From Chara braunii (taxonomy: Eukaryota > Plantae > Charophyceae), in assembly GCA_003427395.1 (NCBI GenBank), contig BFEA01000004.1:3690334-3754333 (forward strand): a stretch of DNA of 64,000 nt, in the 5' to 3' direction. The position numbers were made by a program, and so were the translations under genes. Numbering within the stretch: position 1 is the first letter of the stretch; each line of letters opens with the position of its first letter. Of the stretch, positions 36,385 through 47,706 are shown one piece after another. A model generated the notes under the pieces. That model did not search any database, had not been told where the DNA came from, and saw only the letters and a program-made list of their open reading frames with translations.

Positions 36385-37100
36385 TGATTTTCTCCCTTAA
36401 AAGCCCAGGGTGTTGTAGAGGCCGGTTACTAAGCACACATTGATCGCCTGGAGCGGTCAGCCATTGCTGTCCTGAGGGAACGAGTCTACCTCCCATCCCA
36501 TCCTCGCGTCAATACTCCTAGCGCACCCCCCCTATCTATACTATCCTACCACAGTGTGACCAGCACCCAGGACAATTCCCCTACTAGCATCGACGGGAAC
36601 TTGGGCCGAACAGTAGTGACAGGCACCAGGGCTAGTCATGACCCAGCCCCGGTGGAAGCGGAGTCGAACAAGCCTCGCCGCATGCGGCGGGAACTACGGA
36701 TGTCAGGCCCAAGCAATCTCCCACTGGCCCCTGAGTTAACCAACTAGTAACTCACGCCCTCTACTCACCACCACAGTGCTAGCTGATTTTAAGCCATGGT
36801 ACTTATCCTCGAAACGTTTAATTCAGACCAACCGGTGAGTCACACCCTCTACTCGACAACCACAGCCCTAATCTGCCACACACAGTCTAGCTGATTTTAA
36901 GGGAGGTACTTATCAGACGCCTCTCATCATCATTAGTTAATCCAGACCAACCAGCAACTCACACCCTCTTCTCGCCCACCACAGTCCTACCTGAATTTAA
37001 GGGGGGTACTCTTCATCGAGACGCCTATCATCATTATCAGTTGATCATGACCACTTCACAGCCCTACGGTTGTGTATGTGTGTATTGCGGACAAAGACAC
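36385..37100 (-). mobile_element. Family A, diverged copy 3, with three internal ~100-120 bp tandem units
   Basis: AAGCCCAGGGTGTTGTAGAGGCC terminus and shared internal blocks (ctatcctac..cagtgtgaccagcac). Tandem units at 36740-37050. Confidence 0.65.
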
Positions 37101-38048
37101 ATGAAACCAGCTGGAGACAAAAAAAAAAAAAAAAAAAAAAAAAAAGATAAACGGGCACCCAAGGAGCCTGCCTAATTCTCCTGGAGACCAGCTGTCTCCA
37201 GAAACGAGACACGCGGCTCTTTCAATGGGTGTCACCTTCTTCGTTTTCTGCCGCCACCTTTTCTCGGTATCGCTCCAATTTTACCGGATGTCCTGAAGGA
37301 CTTGATCCATTTCATTTTTTTTTCTGCCAGCTCTTTTTTCCTCTTTGTGGTTTGCCTGTTGTTTTGTCCGTGCAAGTGTTTCCACACGTGCAGATGAACC
37401 CGGAAGAAAACAAGCCAGCCATTTCCCTATTTTCCTTGGGCTCACAGGCTTTGTCCACCCTTTCACTACCTGGCTTTGTCCCCCCTTTCACTACCAGGCC
37501 TTCCCCGACCCCCTGAGGTCGCGTCGGTATACTCACCGCGGATTAGCTGGGCGGTTACTGGTGGTTCCAACGCTTTTTCTTCCAGACAGCGCAAAGAAAC
37601 ACCAAATCAAGGATGCTAGAAACTTTTCATCACTTCCTGTGACCGGCCCGCTCCAACACGCGAAACCTCTGCACAGCACTGCATTAAGCGCCGCGCACAC
37701 TTCAGAGGTAGCCCCGGAGGGCACTGGTGGCGAAGTTTACTAAGCTTCCGCGGTCGGGTCTGTTCAAGCGCCAGTGGTTCGCAGCCTCTGTTGCAACTGC
37801 TGCTACTTATGCCCGGTCCTAGGAAGTCCGAGCGTTCCTGGCATGCAATTTGCCAGGAGCCACCAGCCTCCCAGTCTTTCAACAGCCCTCTGCTAACCCG
37901 TGTACGTTCTTGAAAGGCCGGGACAGCCACTGGCAGTTGCAGGCAAAACACGTCACGTTGCAGATTTGCTGCCATATGATTTGCATCTCATCGTGCCTCA
38001 CCTTTCCCTTTCCTCAATCAACAGCCCAATCAACAGCCATCCCATTAA

Positions 38049-38199
38049 ACCACCAGTACTTCCTAAAGTCGCATAGCGTTGACGCTACGCGATTTTAGGA
38101 ATCGTACGGGCCACTACAGGAGCGCCAAAATTCATCCAACTAGAAACGTTTCTACTCTATTTTTTCCCGCGGCCGATGGCTGGGCCAAGTACTGGTGGT
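38049..38199. mobile_element. MITE with TTAA TSD
   Basis: TTAA|ACCACCAGTACTT...AAGTACTGGTGGT|TTAA, with an internal palindrome. A truncated copy lies at 33410-33518. Confidence 0.8.
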
Positions 38200-38232
38200 T
38201 TAATGGCGGACATTCCATATTTATTTGAACAA

Positions 38233-38380
38233 AATTGAAACCTACTTATTTTGCCCTAAGAATGCCACTGTCTGAAAACGCCGCACCCCCAAGGATGTGT
38301 CTTGACTTCAGATAAAAGTCCAGGCGGACCCTCGGGGCTAACAGGGTGACATTTTTTGGGTCAAATAAGTAGGTTTCAAT
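38233..38380. repeat. Foldback / MITE
   Basis: ATTGAAACCTACTTATTT vs AAATAAGTAGGTTTCAAT inverted arms. Confidence 0.55.
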
Positions 38381-38644
38381 GTCATTGAGAAATTATAAAA
38401 TGTCTGTTCTAACAAGAGCCCTGTTAATCGTATCCCAATTTTAATAGCAATCTGTCCTACAATTATTTCAATTTATCTGGCTATCAGCTGACAACATCGC
38501 ACGCACTATTTCCCCTTACCAGAAACTGTGCCTAATCACTAACAACAATAACACAGGTGAAAGGGGACTAAATCCAGACACCAAAACCTCTGCCTACAGT
38601 AGCAAGTACGGAATGTTGCTCATACTTCGCAACACCTGCCTTAA

Positions 38645-38799
38645 ACCACCAGTATGTGGCCCATACATTGGCCGCGGGGCCCCGTCACGACTCTCGGAGG
38701 CCAGCCACGCACTCTGGGCCGTTGATCCGATTCATCATTGGCCCAGAGGCTGCGAAAGTTGCCGGGCGCGCCCGATATATGGGCCAAAAGACTGGTGGT
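38645..38799. mobile_element. MITE, TTAA family
   Basis: TTAA|ACCACCAGT...ACTGGTGGT|TTGA. Confidence 0.7.
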
Positions 38800-38880
38800 T
38801 TGAGTACCCGCGCGACGAGGTCTTATTCGCTTTCGGACCGGAATTTCCTATGGTTACGAACTTTTCTTTTGCACTCTTAA

Positions 38881-39034
38881 ACCACCAGTACCTTTCCCAT
38901 ATATCAGCCACGTGCAGTTTCGCCGCGAGCATTCGCCGCCAATGAAATTTATCAACAGTGGACCAAACCCGCTGGCCTTCGGCGTATCCCGCCGCTGAAT
39001 TGTTTTTTTTTACGCAGAAAATGGTACTGGCGGT
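38881..39034. mobile_element. MITE, TTAA family
   Basis: TTAA|ACCACCAGTACC...GGTACTGGCGGT|TTAA, immediately followed by another ACCACC start. Confidence 0.75.
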
Positions 39035-39199
39035 TTAAACCACCGGTCCGCAGGATCTCAAGTTGACAGAGTTGCCCTTCCAAGGCTCGCGAGCCTCCAA
39101 CTGGGCCTCTTCATATTGGCATGTTGGCGTTCACTACCAACCCAGGCCCAAGTCAAAAAAAGGCGCTTACCATGTAAACCAGTAAGAGCCCTACTTTAC

Positions 39200-39420
39200 T
39201 GCGGGTGGCCTGCATCAGTTGGTAGAGCGCATAAGTGGCATTCAGGATGTCGTGGGTTCGATTCCCCACACTGTCCCCAAATTGTCCATTCGATTCGCCA
39301 CGACCACCACCATCACACTTTTTATTCACCGGCTGAGATAGTTGGCTTGCCCCCACTGGCTGGAAAGACAAGGATTATGTGCAAATCCGCCCATCCAAAA
39401 AAAAAGAAAAAGAAGAAAGC
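39200..39420 (+). mobile_element. tRNA-derived SINE
   Basis: Pol III A box TCAGTTGGTAGAGC and B box GGTTCGATTCC. Non-tRNA body shared with 52210-52370. A-rich tail at 39397-39418. Confidence 0.75.
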
Positions 39421-39891
39421 TGGCACTCTAAAATATTTTCCCCTGTTAACATTTATCCTCTACATGATACAGCCTTCCATACCAAAGTGAGACTAGAACC
39501 TACACTCCCAAGTCTCACCAACCTCTAAAACATAAGAGCGCAATCCGGTGACCATAACAAAGAGCAGAGCAGATTCATACAACCTCCAGCAGTACCCATT
39601 CCTCCTCTCCTCCTTTCCCAAAGTGGGCAACAACCTCAAACTTCCTCACATGCGTCTGATACCGCCAGGACTCATAACCTGTTTACCTCCTCACATGCGT
39701 CTGATACCGCCAGGACTCATAACCTGTTTCATTGGAAGCAACAGTTTCTCGCCGCCTCTTACTCACCTCCTGCACGCTATCCACTGCAACACACGCCCTA
39801 ATCACCACAGACCAGACAAAGTAAATAGGATGGTGCTCTCTTGGTATACAGAGGCAACAATCGACAAAAACTCTCAGCGAAAACACTACTA

Positions 39892-40113
39892 CCTTCTTCC
39901 CCCCCCCCGAACATGACGCATATGCGTCTTAATGAGTTTTTGAATCCGCAAAAAAAAATAATAATAATAATGGATAGAACACATATCCGGTGTATTCTAA
40001 ACTTTTCGGGCTATTCCAATAGAACACACGCTTTGCATTCAAATAGAATGCACCCGTTGCGTTGTGTATTCGTTAACAACACACATATGTGTGTTATGTT
40101 CGGGGGAAGAAGG
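39892..40113. mobile_element. MITE with TA TSD (Tc1/mariner/pogo-like)
   Basis: TA|CCTTCTTCCCCC..GAACAT...ATGTTCGGGGGAAGAAGG|TA. Same family as 62870-62977. Confidence 0.75.
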
Positions 40114-42477
40114 TAGTCCCAAACGTCAACATCATATAGGCCAAAAGACCCAGTAGCTCTGACAGATCTCCACTGCAACATATGCCCTAATCGCCACAGA
40201 CCAGACAAAGTGTGATAGGATGGTGCTCTCTTGGCATACAGACGCAACAATCGACACAAACTCTCAGCTCAGCGGACAAGATCCGCATAAGAGCACTCTG
40301 CTAGTTCCAAACGTTGATACCATAGGCCCAAAAGACCCAGTAGCTCTGACAAGCATATCCGACTTTCGAGAGAACCACATGGTTTGCAAAGGTAAACCTA
40401 GTTTCCAGCGGACCCATTCTCGGAGACCCTACCACCTGACACAGAAACAGTGAGAAAACCTGGGTCCCTCCACATATGCCCTCTCCTTCAAACTTACAAT
40501 CATAACAGTGATAACACTGAGTGCATTGAACCTGCCTGTGTGATGAGACTTCCTTTGCCTCAACCCTCACACTATTAATCGAAAACGATTATTCATGCTC
40601 TTCTGTCTCCACTATTCACCCTCTAAGCATGCTGTTCTAGTACAGAGCACCTCCCTCAGTGCATCTGGATCTCATACTCTACGAATTGTGTTCATACTAG
40701 AAAAAGGAGTTTCTGTTTTCCATCTTGGGGCAAGGGATACTTTTTCATAACTTTTTCATAACACAGCGACTAAGTGCTCCGAACGAATTCTTCTTTTCAA
40801 TTCTTTGGGGCTACTAAAACACCCACGCCGGTCAGTTCCAGGCCTGATTTCGCATGTCCGTCATGCCACAGAGACCTGAAAAACAGCGGCGAGTCCACGA
40901 CGGGGACACTTCGCCCCCGACTGCGCTATTTCCACGGCCAATGTGGTGAACGAAGGGCAAACAAAAAAGTATATTTGCAACAGGCATCATGTGCGTGCAC
41001 AGATCCACTGTCAACAGCCGTCATCAAAACGACTCAGAAAGTCGGACGCTGCTCCTGCTGCATCTTCGAGTTGCTGAGGGTAGGGGCTTGCGCAAATGAC
41101 AAAGAGGAAGAGAAAAAGTGAGAGAAGACGACGAAACAAGAAGCCAGAATAGAGGAGAAGATGTGAAGCACGAGAAACAATCAACGCAGTTGAAAGCCGA
41201 AGACATACGCATACACGAGCAGCAGCAGAGCCTGCCCTTCAATCTGCCTGTATGTCTGCCTACTCTATCTTAGGCTTGCCTGGTTCTCTTTCACTCTCTC
41301 CTCCCACCCGCAGCTTCATCATACTAAACACATATCCACCATTCCCGACTCTTTCCTTCTCTCCTTGTCCTTTCTATTTCCCCCTCTCTCCTTCTCCTCT
41401 GCTTGTCCTTTCTATTGGCAGCACAAGGTACTGTCATCTTCATGGTGGAGCGAGCCCGTACGTCACAAAACAGCAAACGATTTGATTTCCTGCCCAGTGT
41501 AGAAGCAAGTGCACTTTCCATTTCCTCATTCATTTCCTTCTCTGCCGCTCACGAGCCACTAGACCTTCCAGACCTTCCCTCTATCTCCTTCCCAAGTTAC
41601 ATAGTCGTCCCCCTGAATCACCTCATCTCACTGAACACCTCTGGAGACTCCCCAGGCCTCAAAAATTACATATCTGCCCACCAGGGAAACGACAATAACT
41701 CGCTCCCACTGCACCTCTCCGCTCTCCGTTTTTTCTTTTTCCTTTTTTGTATTTAAAAAAAAAAAGTTCCAGGGTGGGGATATGACCCAGGAAGAAAGTC
41801 CGGCAGGGGGCTTCACGCACCGGGTTGAGCCCACCTGTCCCCACAGCGGACCTGTTTTCCTTCAATCCTTAGGTAACAAGGTCTTCAGAGAACGCTACTT
41901 CCCAAAACTCACTCTACTTCCCAAAACTCGCAAATGCCAGAAAGAGGTTTCCCACAAGGCTATAAGAAAACTCACAAAGGCCGAAAACTCCACCAGCACA
42001 AACTAAGTTTGCCGAATGTAAGCACCAGCAATGACAGTCTTGTACGACAACTGCCCCGTTCCACCTCCTTATCCTTCAAGCACTCTCCTCTTTTTTTCTT
42101 TTTTTTTTTCTGCGGTAATCTTGACGACCTGCATACAGTTTCACCATCATGGCCCAAACTGTTCTTTGAGCTTTCCGAACAATCCTGTCTCCAGCTCCTT
42201 CAGCAGAGTCTCGAAGCTTCCCTCCAGCCCAACTCAACAGTGTACCTTTTCATCGTTCTGACCGTGCAGCCAGAGATGTCTGTCCCACCCATCAGGCCAA
42301 ACCGGGGAGATAAATAAGAGAATGGTTGGACCTTGACTGGGACACAATGCTAGCCGCAGACACACAACTGTGAAACCAGCTCCATTCCCCTCAAGAGCTC
42401 GTTCCACAGCATTCCCACAACCAGCTCCATTCCCCTCGACTCCACATAAAAGCCTCCCCATCATGATCGGGGAAATA

Positions 42478-42845
42478 GCAACAAAAGAGTTAAGGGCAAG
42501 CGCTCACAGCAAGGAAGGAATCTCGTCGGTGAGGATGACATAGAGGACGGTGGAAGCAAGGAGGCGAGGGAACATCAAGCAGCTAGCCATCCACCAAGGG
42601 GGGGAAGGGAGCAACAAAAGAGCCAAGGGGGGGAGCGCTCACAGGTAGGAAGGAATCTCGCCGGGTAGGATAACAAAGAAGACAGCGGTGAAGCAAGGAG
42701 GCGGGGGAACATCAGGAAGCTGGTGATCGACTGAGGGTGGAAAGAGCAACAAAAGCGTTAAGGGGGGAGCGCTCACACCAAGGAAGGAATCTCGCCGGTG
42801 AGGATGACATAGAGGATGGTGGAAGCAAGGAGGCGGGGGAACATC
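42478..42845. repeat. 3 x ~133 bp tandem repeat
   Basis: AGCAACAAAAG...GCGCTCACA...GGAAGGAATCTCG...GAAGCAAGGAGGCG-GGGAACATC, repeated three times. Confidence 0.85.
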
Positions 42846-43739
42846 GACCAGCTGGCAATCCGGTGCTCTGAAGCTGGACACAGAGGGAGGATGGCTATGA
42901 TGGCTAACTTTCTGCAGGCTTCATGGTGAAAGCACAAATCGACAATGCCACTATACAGCTCCTAAGAACCAGACAAGGAAGAAGAGCTACACTACAGAGA
43001 GGTCAACAGGGAACATCCACGGTGATGAAAGGACCAGACCAGATACAGCTCTCTCTGGCCTATTGAAAGGCACAGCAGTCAGTCCCATCGCTTATGCAGG
43101 ACAACGAATGCTCTAGCACCCCAGCCGCACTGCACCCGCATGAGACGTTCTATTCTCAGATGTAAGATTCTGTATAAGGGACACTGGACCCAGTCTCCAG
43201 CAGGTGAAGCTCCCCACCCCAGAGGCAGGACTCACGTGCAAGGAGCATCCTGCTGGGGGATTCTCATATCAACCCCGATAGTAGTCGCCAAATGGATGTC
43301 ATAAAAGAAAAAGAAAAAAAAAAAAAGGGTTAGGCCGACGCCCTGTCCAGACGGACTGGACGGGATGCGTTCGGCAAAACCAGACGAGCCAAAAAACGTC
43401 CCAGGGAAATTTTTTTTTTTTTTTTGAACATGGGGTTGGAATGCACTCGCTGAGAGCCCAAATCCGCAGAGAAACTTGTGAAAGGCATGTGTGTTTTGGG
43501 GGAGAGAGGGGAGGGGGGTAGTGGGGAAGGGGGGGTTGACAAGGGGGTAAAAGGGTGTGTTGCAGCAGCCAGTCCGTTGAGGGGAGGGGTTATAGGAGGA
43601 GGAGGAAGAAGAATAAGAAGCACGACTTCCTTTGTCTGCTCTGGTCCTTCCAGACCCGCCACTCCCCCTGCAGATGCCGCTGCCACTGCCCGCCATAATG
43701 TCGTGGAAGTAGAGGATGCAAGGACCAACAGCTAGGGAA

Positions 43740-45670
43740 AAAAGAAAGTAGAAATCAGCAGCAGCAGCAGAAGAAGAAGAAAAGAATTAGGAGAAGAAGA
43801 AGAAGTAGAAAAAGATGAGAAGAAGAAGAAGAAGTCTATGCGGTTGAGAGTGGGGCTGCTGTCTGCCCGCTTACATCCTCTTTTCAGGCAGAGAAAAAAA
43901 GAAAAACGAACAGGAGACAGCGGGCAGGAGGATACCATGGGTGGAAGAACATGGCTCGCAGATGTACGAGATGGTGGGCGGTAAATGAAGGAGGACGAGG
44001 AGGGAAGAAGAAGACAAAGGAGGAGGAGGAAGACGAAGAGGAGGGAAAGAAGGAGGAGAGAAGAAAGGGAAGAGGAGGAGCAGGAGGAAGAAGATCAAGA
44101 GAGGAGGAAGAAGATGAGAGGAAGTGAAGAAGAAGACAGGAAGAAGATGAAAGGAAGAAGATGAAAGGAAGAAGATGAGAGGACGAGGTGATGAAAGAAG
44201 AAGACGAGGGGGGGGGAGAAAGGAGGAGAGGAAAGGAGGAAGAGAATTGAAAAACGAAACGAACGAAAGGAGGAGAGAAGAACAAAGGGGGGGGAAGGAG
44301 GAGGAGGAGGAGGAGGAGGAGGAGAGACGTTGAAGCAAGAGGAGGAGGAGGAGAGAAGTTGAAGAAGCAAGAGGACGACCAGGAGAGAACCACAAGATGA
44401 ACGACAAGACGAAAGGAGGAGGAGGAGGAGGAGGCAAGAAGAAGAATAAGACAAGAGGAGGTGGAACAGGAGGAGGACCTTCCGGTAGTGTATGGGGAAA
44501 ATAAAAAAAAGGACGATACAGCAGGACGAGGAGGAGGGGGAGGAGAGAAGAACAAGAAAGCAGGTGGAGGAGGAGGAGACAAGGACAAGATGAAAGGAGG
44601 AGGAGAAGACAAAAGACGAGAGGAGGGGGAGGAGGAGGAGGACCTGCCGGTAGTGTATGGGGATGGCAAAAACCAAAAAAAGAGGACGCTGGAGGAGGAG
44701 AGAAGGAGAAGACAAGAGTAGGTGGAAGAGGAGGAGAGGAGAAGAAGAAGAGAGGAGGTGGAGGATGAGGAGGAGAGAAGAACACGAAAGGAGAAGGAAG
44801 AGGAGAGACAACAAGACGACGAGAGAGAGGAGGAGGAGGATATGGGGATGACGGGAAAAAAAGAAGAGAATGAACGAGGACAAGGAGGAGAGACGGAGAA
44901 GACGAAAGTAGGTGGAGAAGAGAAGAAGAAAACGAGAGGAGTAGGACCTGCCAGTTTTGTATGGCGATGATGGGGAAAAAAACAAGAGGAAGCAGGAGGA
45001 GAAAAGAAGAAGAAGNNNNNNNNNNNNNNNNNNNNNNNNNNNNNNNNNNNNNNNNNNNNNNNNNNNNNNNNNNNNNNNNNNNNNNNNNNNNNNNNNNNNN
45101 NNNNNNNNNNNNNNNNNNNNNNNNNNNNNNNNNNNNNNNNNNNNNNNNNNNNNNNNNNNNNNNNNNNNNNNNNNNNNNNNNNNNNNNNNNNNNNNNNNNN
45201 NNNNNNNNNNNNNNNNNNNNNNNNNNNNNNNNNNNNNNNNNNNNNNNNNNNNNNNNNNNNNNNNNNNNNNNNNNNNNNNNNNNNNNNNNNAGAGAGAGAG
45301 AGAGAGAGAGGGATCCCGCCCGTCAGTACAACTAGCGGCGGGATTTCACCACAACTAGCCCATCCCATCACGTGGCAGTTCTCAGCACACTGGTGTTGCC
45401 ACGTGGCACTTCGTCTAAGAAAGAAAACGAATGAAATCGGGACGAGGACGAGGAGGAGGAGAGGAGTGGGAGAGAAGAAGACGAGAGGAGGATGAGGAGG
45501 CGGAGATGAAAGGAGGAGATTAAAGGAGGAGGAGGAGGAGAGAGGAGGAGGAGGAGGAGGAGGAGAAAGGAGGAGTAGGAGAGAAGAAGACGAAATGCAG
45601 AGGTGGAGGAGGAAGAGGAGGAGAAGAAAGGAGGAGGCAGTGGAGATGAAGAAGAAGAAGAGGAAGGAAG
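43740..45670. repeat. GA-rich low-complexity tract
   Basis: (GAG/GAA)n with a recurring GGACCTGCCGGTAGTGTATGGGGA unit. Contains a gap. Confidence 0.85.
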
Positions 45671-47438
45671 TTGGACGAGGCTTCACCACACTGGCGACAG
45701 CAGCTTCACAAGAAGTGACAACGGGGAGGGCTTATCGACAGGGAGCAACAACGGGCAGCTCGACGAGGAGCAGCGACGGGCGGGCTTGCAACTGCACCAA
45801 CGATGGGCGGGCTTCGCAATGGCAGCGACGACGGGCAGGCTTCGCAACGGCAGCGACGACGGGCGGCTTCAAGACGGGAGCAACAACGGGCTTTCCAACG
45901 GGGAATGCCAAATTCGAATTTGAATGCAGCATCGTAGCCTGCCGGAGGGGGAAACCATTTCTTGACAGCTGATCTCAGCCGCCGATCTTTGCAGATCTGC
46001 GGCTGGGATCAGTCGCCAAAGACACCTGCCAGACGGAAGCCAGGGCACCAGACAGCCCAGATTTTAACACACAAAAGACAAACAATAAATCCATCTGAAA
46101 AACAGATGGACTCCTTTTCTTTTTTCTTGAAGGTCAACGGCCTTGAGATATCCTTTTTCTCCTCTTATTTTTATAAAGCTACGCTATATTCTTCTCTCAG
46201 ATCTTTCATCATCTTTCAAATTCTTTAAATTCACCTTCACTACCTGCCTACCACTACTCCTAAGGCTTAGACAGGGGACCCCCGCAAACATAGCTTTGTT
46301 GTCCCCTCCAGAAATCAGAGGGGATGCATGTTATTGCACTGACCGGCCCCACGTAATTAAGAAATATTTTGATTGGATCTGGATTCAAACTTTCCAACCC
46401 CCTTGCTCGCTCGCAGATGCGGCAACGAAAGGAATTGGGCCCGTCTTTCGCCAGCTCATGAGTGCACCAACTGAGCTATCCCACTGAGTTGGTTGCAATT
46501 GAAAAAAAAAAAAAAAACTCATACACGAGGGTCACATCCAAATTCCCACCGCACTTTTTTTAAGTTTTTTACAACGACAAATAAATTGTAACCATTAATA
46601 ATGGAAATCCAGATACCTGTCCAGACAACAGATACCTATAGACATCAAGCCTGGGCACCCAGGCGCGGATACCAAACAGCACATAGTGTCTATTCTTCTA
46701 AATAGCATAACTGTTAGATGTCCCGTAACAAGACGGCACACATCCTAAATAAAAATACCAGTGAGTCCCTTTCAGCGGGCGAGGAAAATTGGAGTAAGCG
46801 TTCCGGGTCGGCTTTGCTCATCATCATATCAGCAAATGGGAGCGCAAAAATACCATCATTTGCAATCAAACGCAAAACAAGTAGAGGCAAGTGAGCAGTC
46901 TCAAAAACTACTGAGCTCATCACCATGTGAACAAGTGGGAGTGCACAAATACTGTCACGTGAAATAATCTTGAGCGACACATGTGCAGGCAAACAAGCCG
47001 TTGGCAATGGTGGCAACTGGAGGACCTCTTATATGTCACTCGTCGTCAAACTTTTGGTCACATGGGACTTTCCTTTTTTTTTTCTACTGGCCCTTCAGGC
47101 CGTTTCCCAAGCCTCCAAAATTTTGGGAGATCAAACGGATTCCCAACTTGGCTTCTTGGCCGTGCATTGACGGTTCAGCCCTCACAACAGTACAGGAACC
47201 TAGTGTTCTACTAGAGAAACACAGCCGCTTCACACAAGATCCCACCTTGACGTCGTTCGCAGTTGTGTACTCCCTACACCACGGCCCCTCTGCGCCGGGC
47301 CAGCCGCCAGCTGGGCACTAAGCCCAAGATGGTGCTGAACCGGAAGAGAAAAGCAGATGCAGGGAGGGTGGGGGCAAAGCCCCGCGGAAGAGAGAGCAAG
47401 CCAGCGTCCCACAACCCAAGGATCGGCCGTTCACGTGT

Positions 47439-47706
47439 CAATGATGCTTCCGCAGGCTCACCTACGGAACCTTGTTACGACTTCTTCCTCTAAATGACAA
47501 GGTTCAATGGACTTCTCACAGCGCCCCCCGCGGCAAACCGCTGAGATCGCCGCAATCCAGACACTTCAATCGGAAGGAGCGACGGGTGGTATGTACTGAG
47601 GGCAGAGACGTAATCAGCACAAGCTGGTGACTCGTGCTCACCGAGCATTCCTCGTTCAAGATTGATAATTATACCGATCTATGCCCGTCACAATGAACCT
47701 TAAGAT
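47439..47706 (-). pseudogene. Degenerate 18S rRNA 3'-end fragment (dispersed rDNA copy)
   Basis: The plus strand reads AATGATgCTTCCGCAGGcTCACCTACGGAACCTTGTTACGACTT...GGAGCGACGGGtGGTaTGTAC...ATTCCTCGTT, the reverse complement of the conserved eukaryotic SSU 3' end, with many substitutions and indels. Confidence 0.92.

Noticed and set aside
43871-45689. Long ORFs of 296-601 aa
   Set aside because: Products of GA/CT low-complexity sequence and an N gap; no domain content.
47439-47706. Functional rRNA locus
   Set aside because: Short, with many changes in universally conserved positions and no remainder of 18S.
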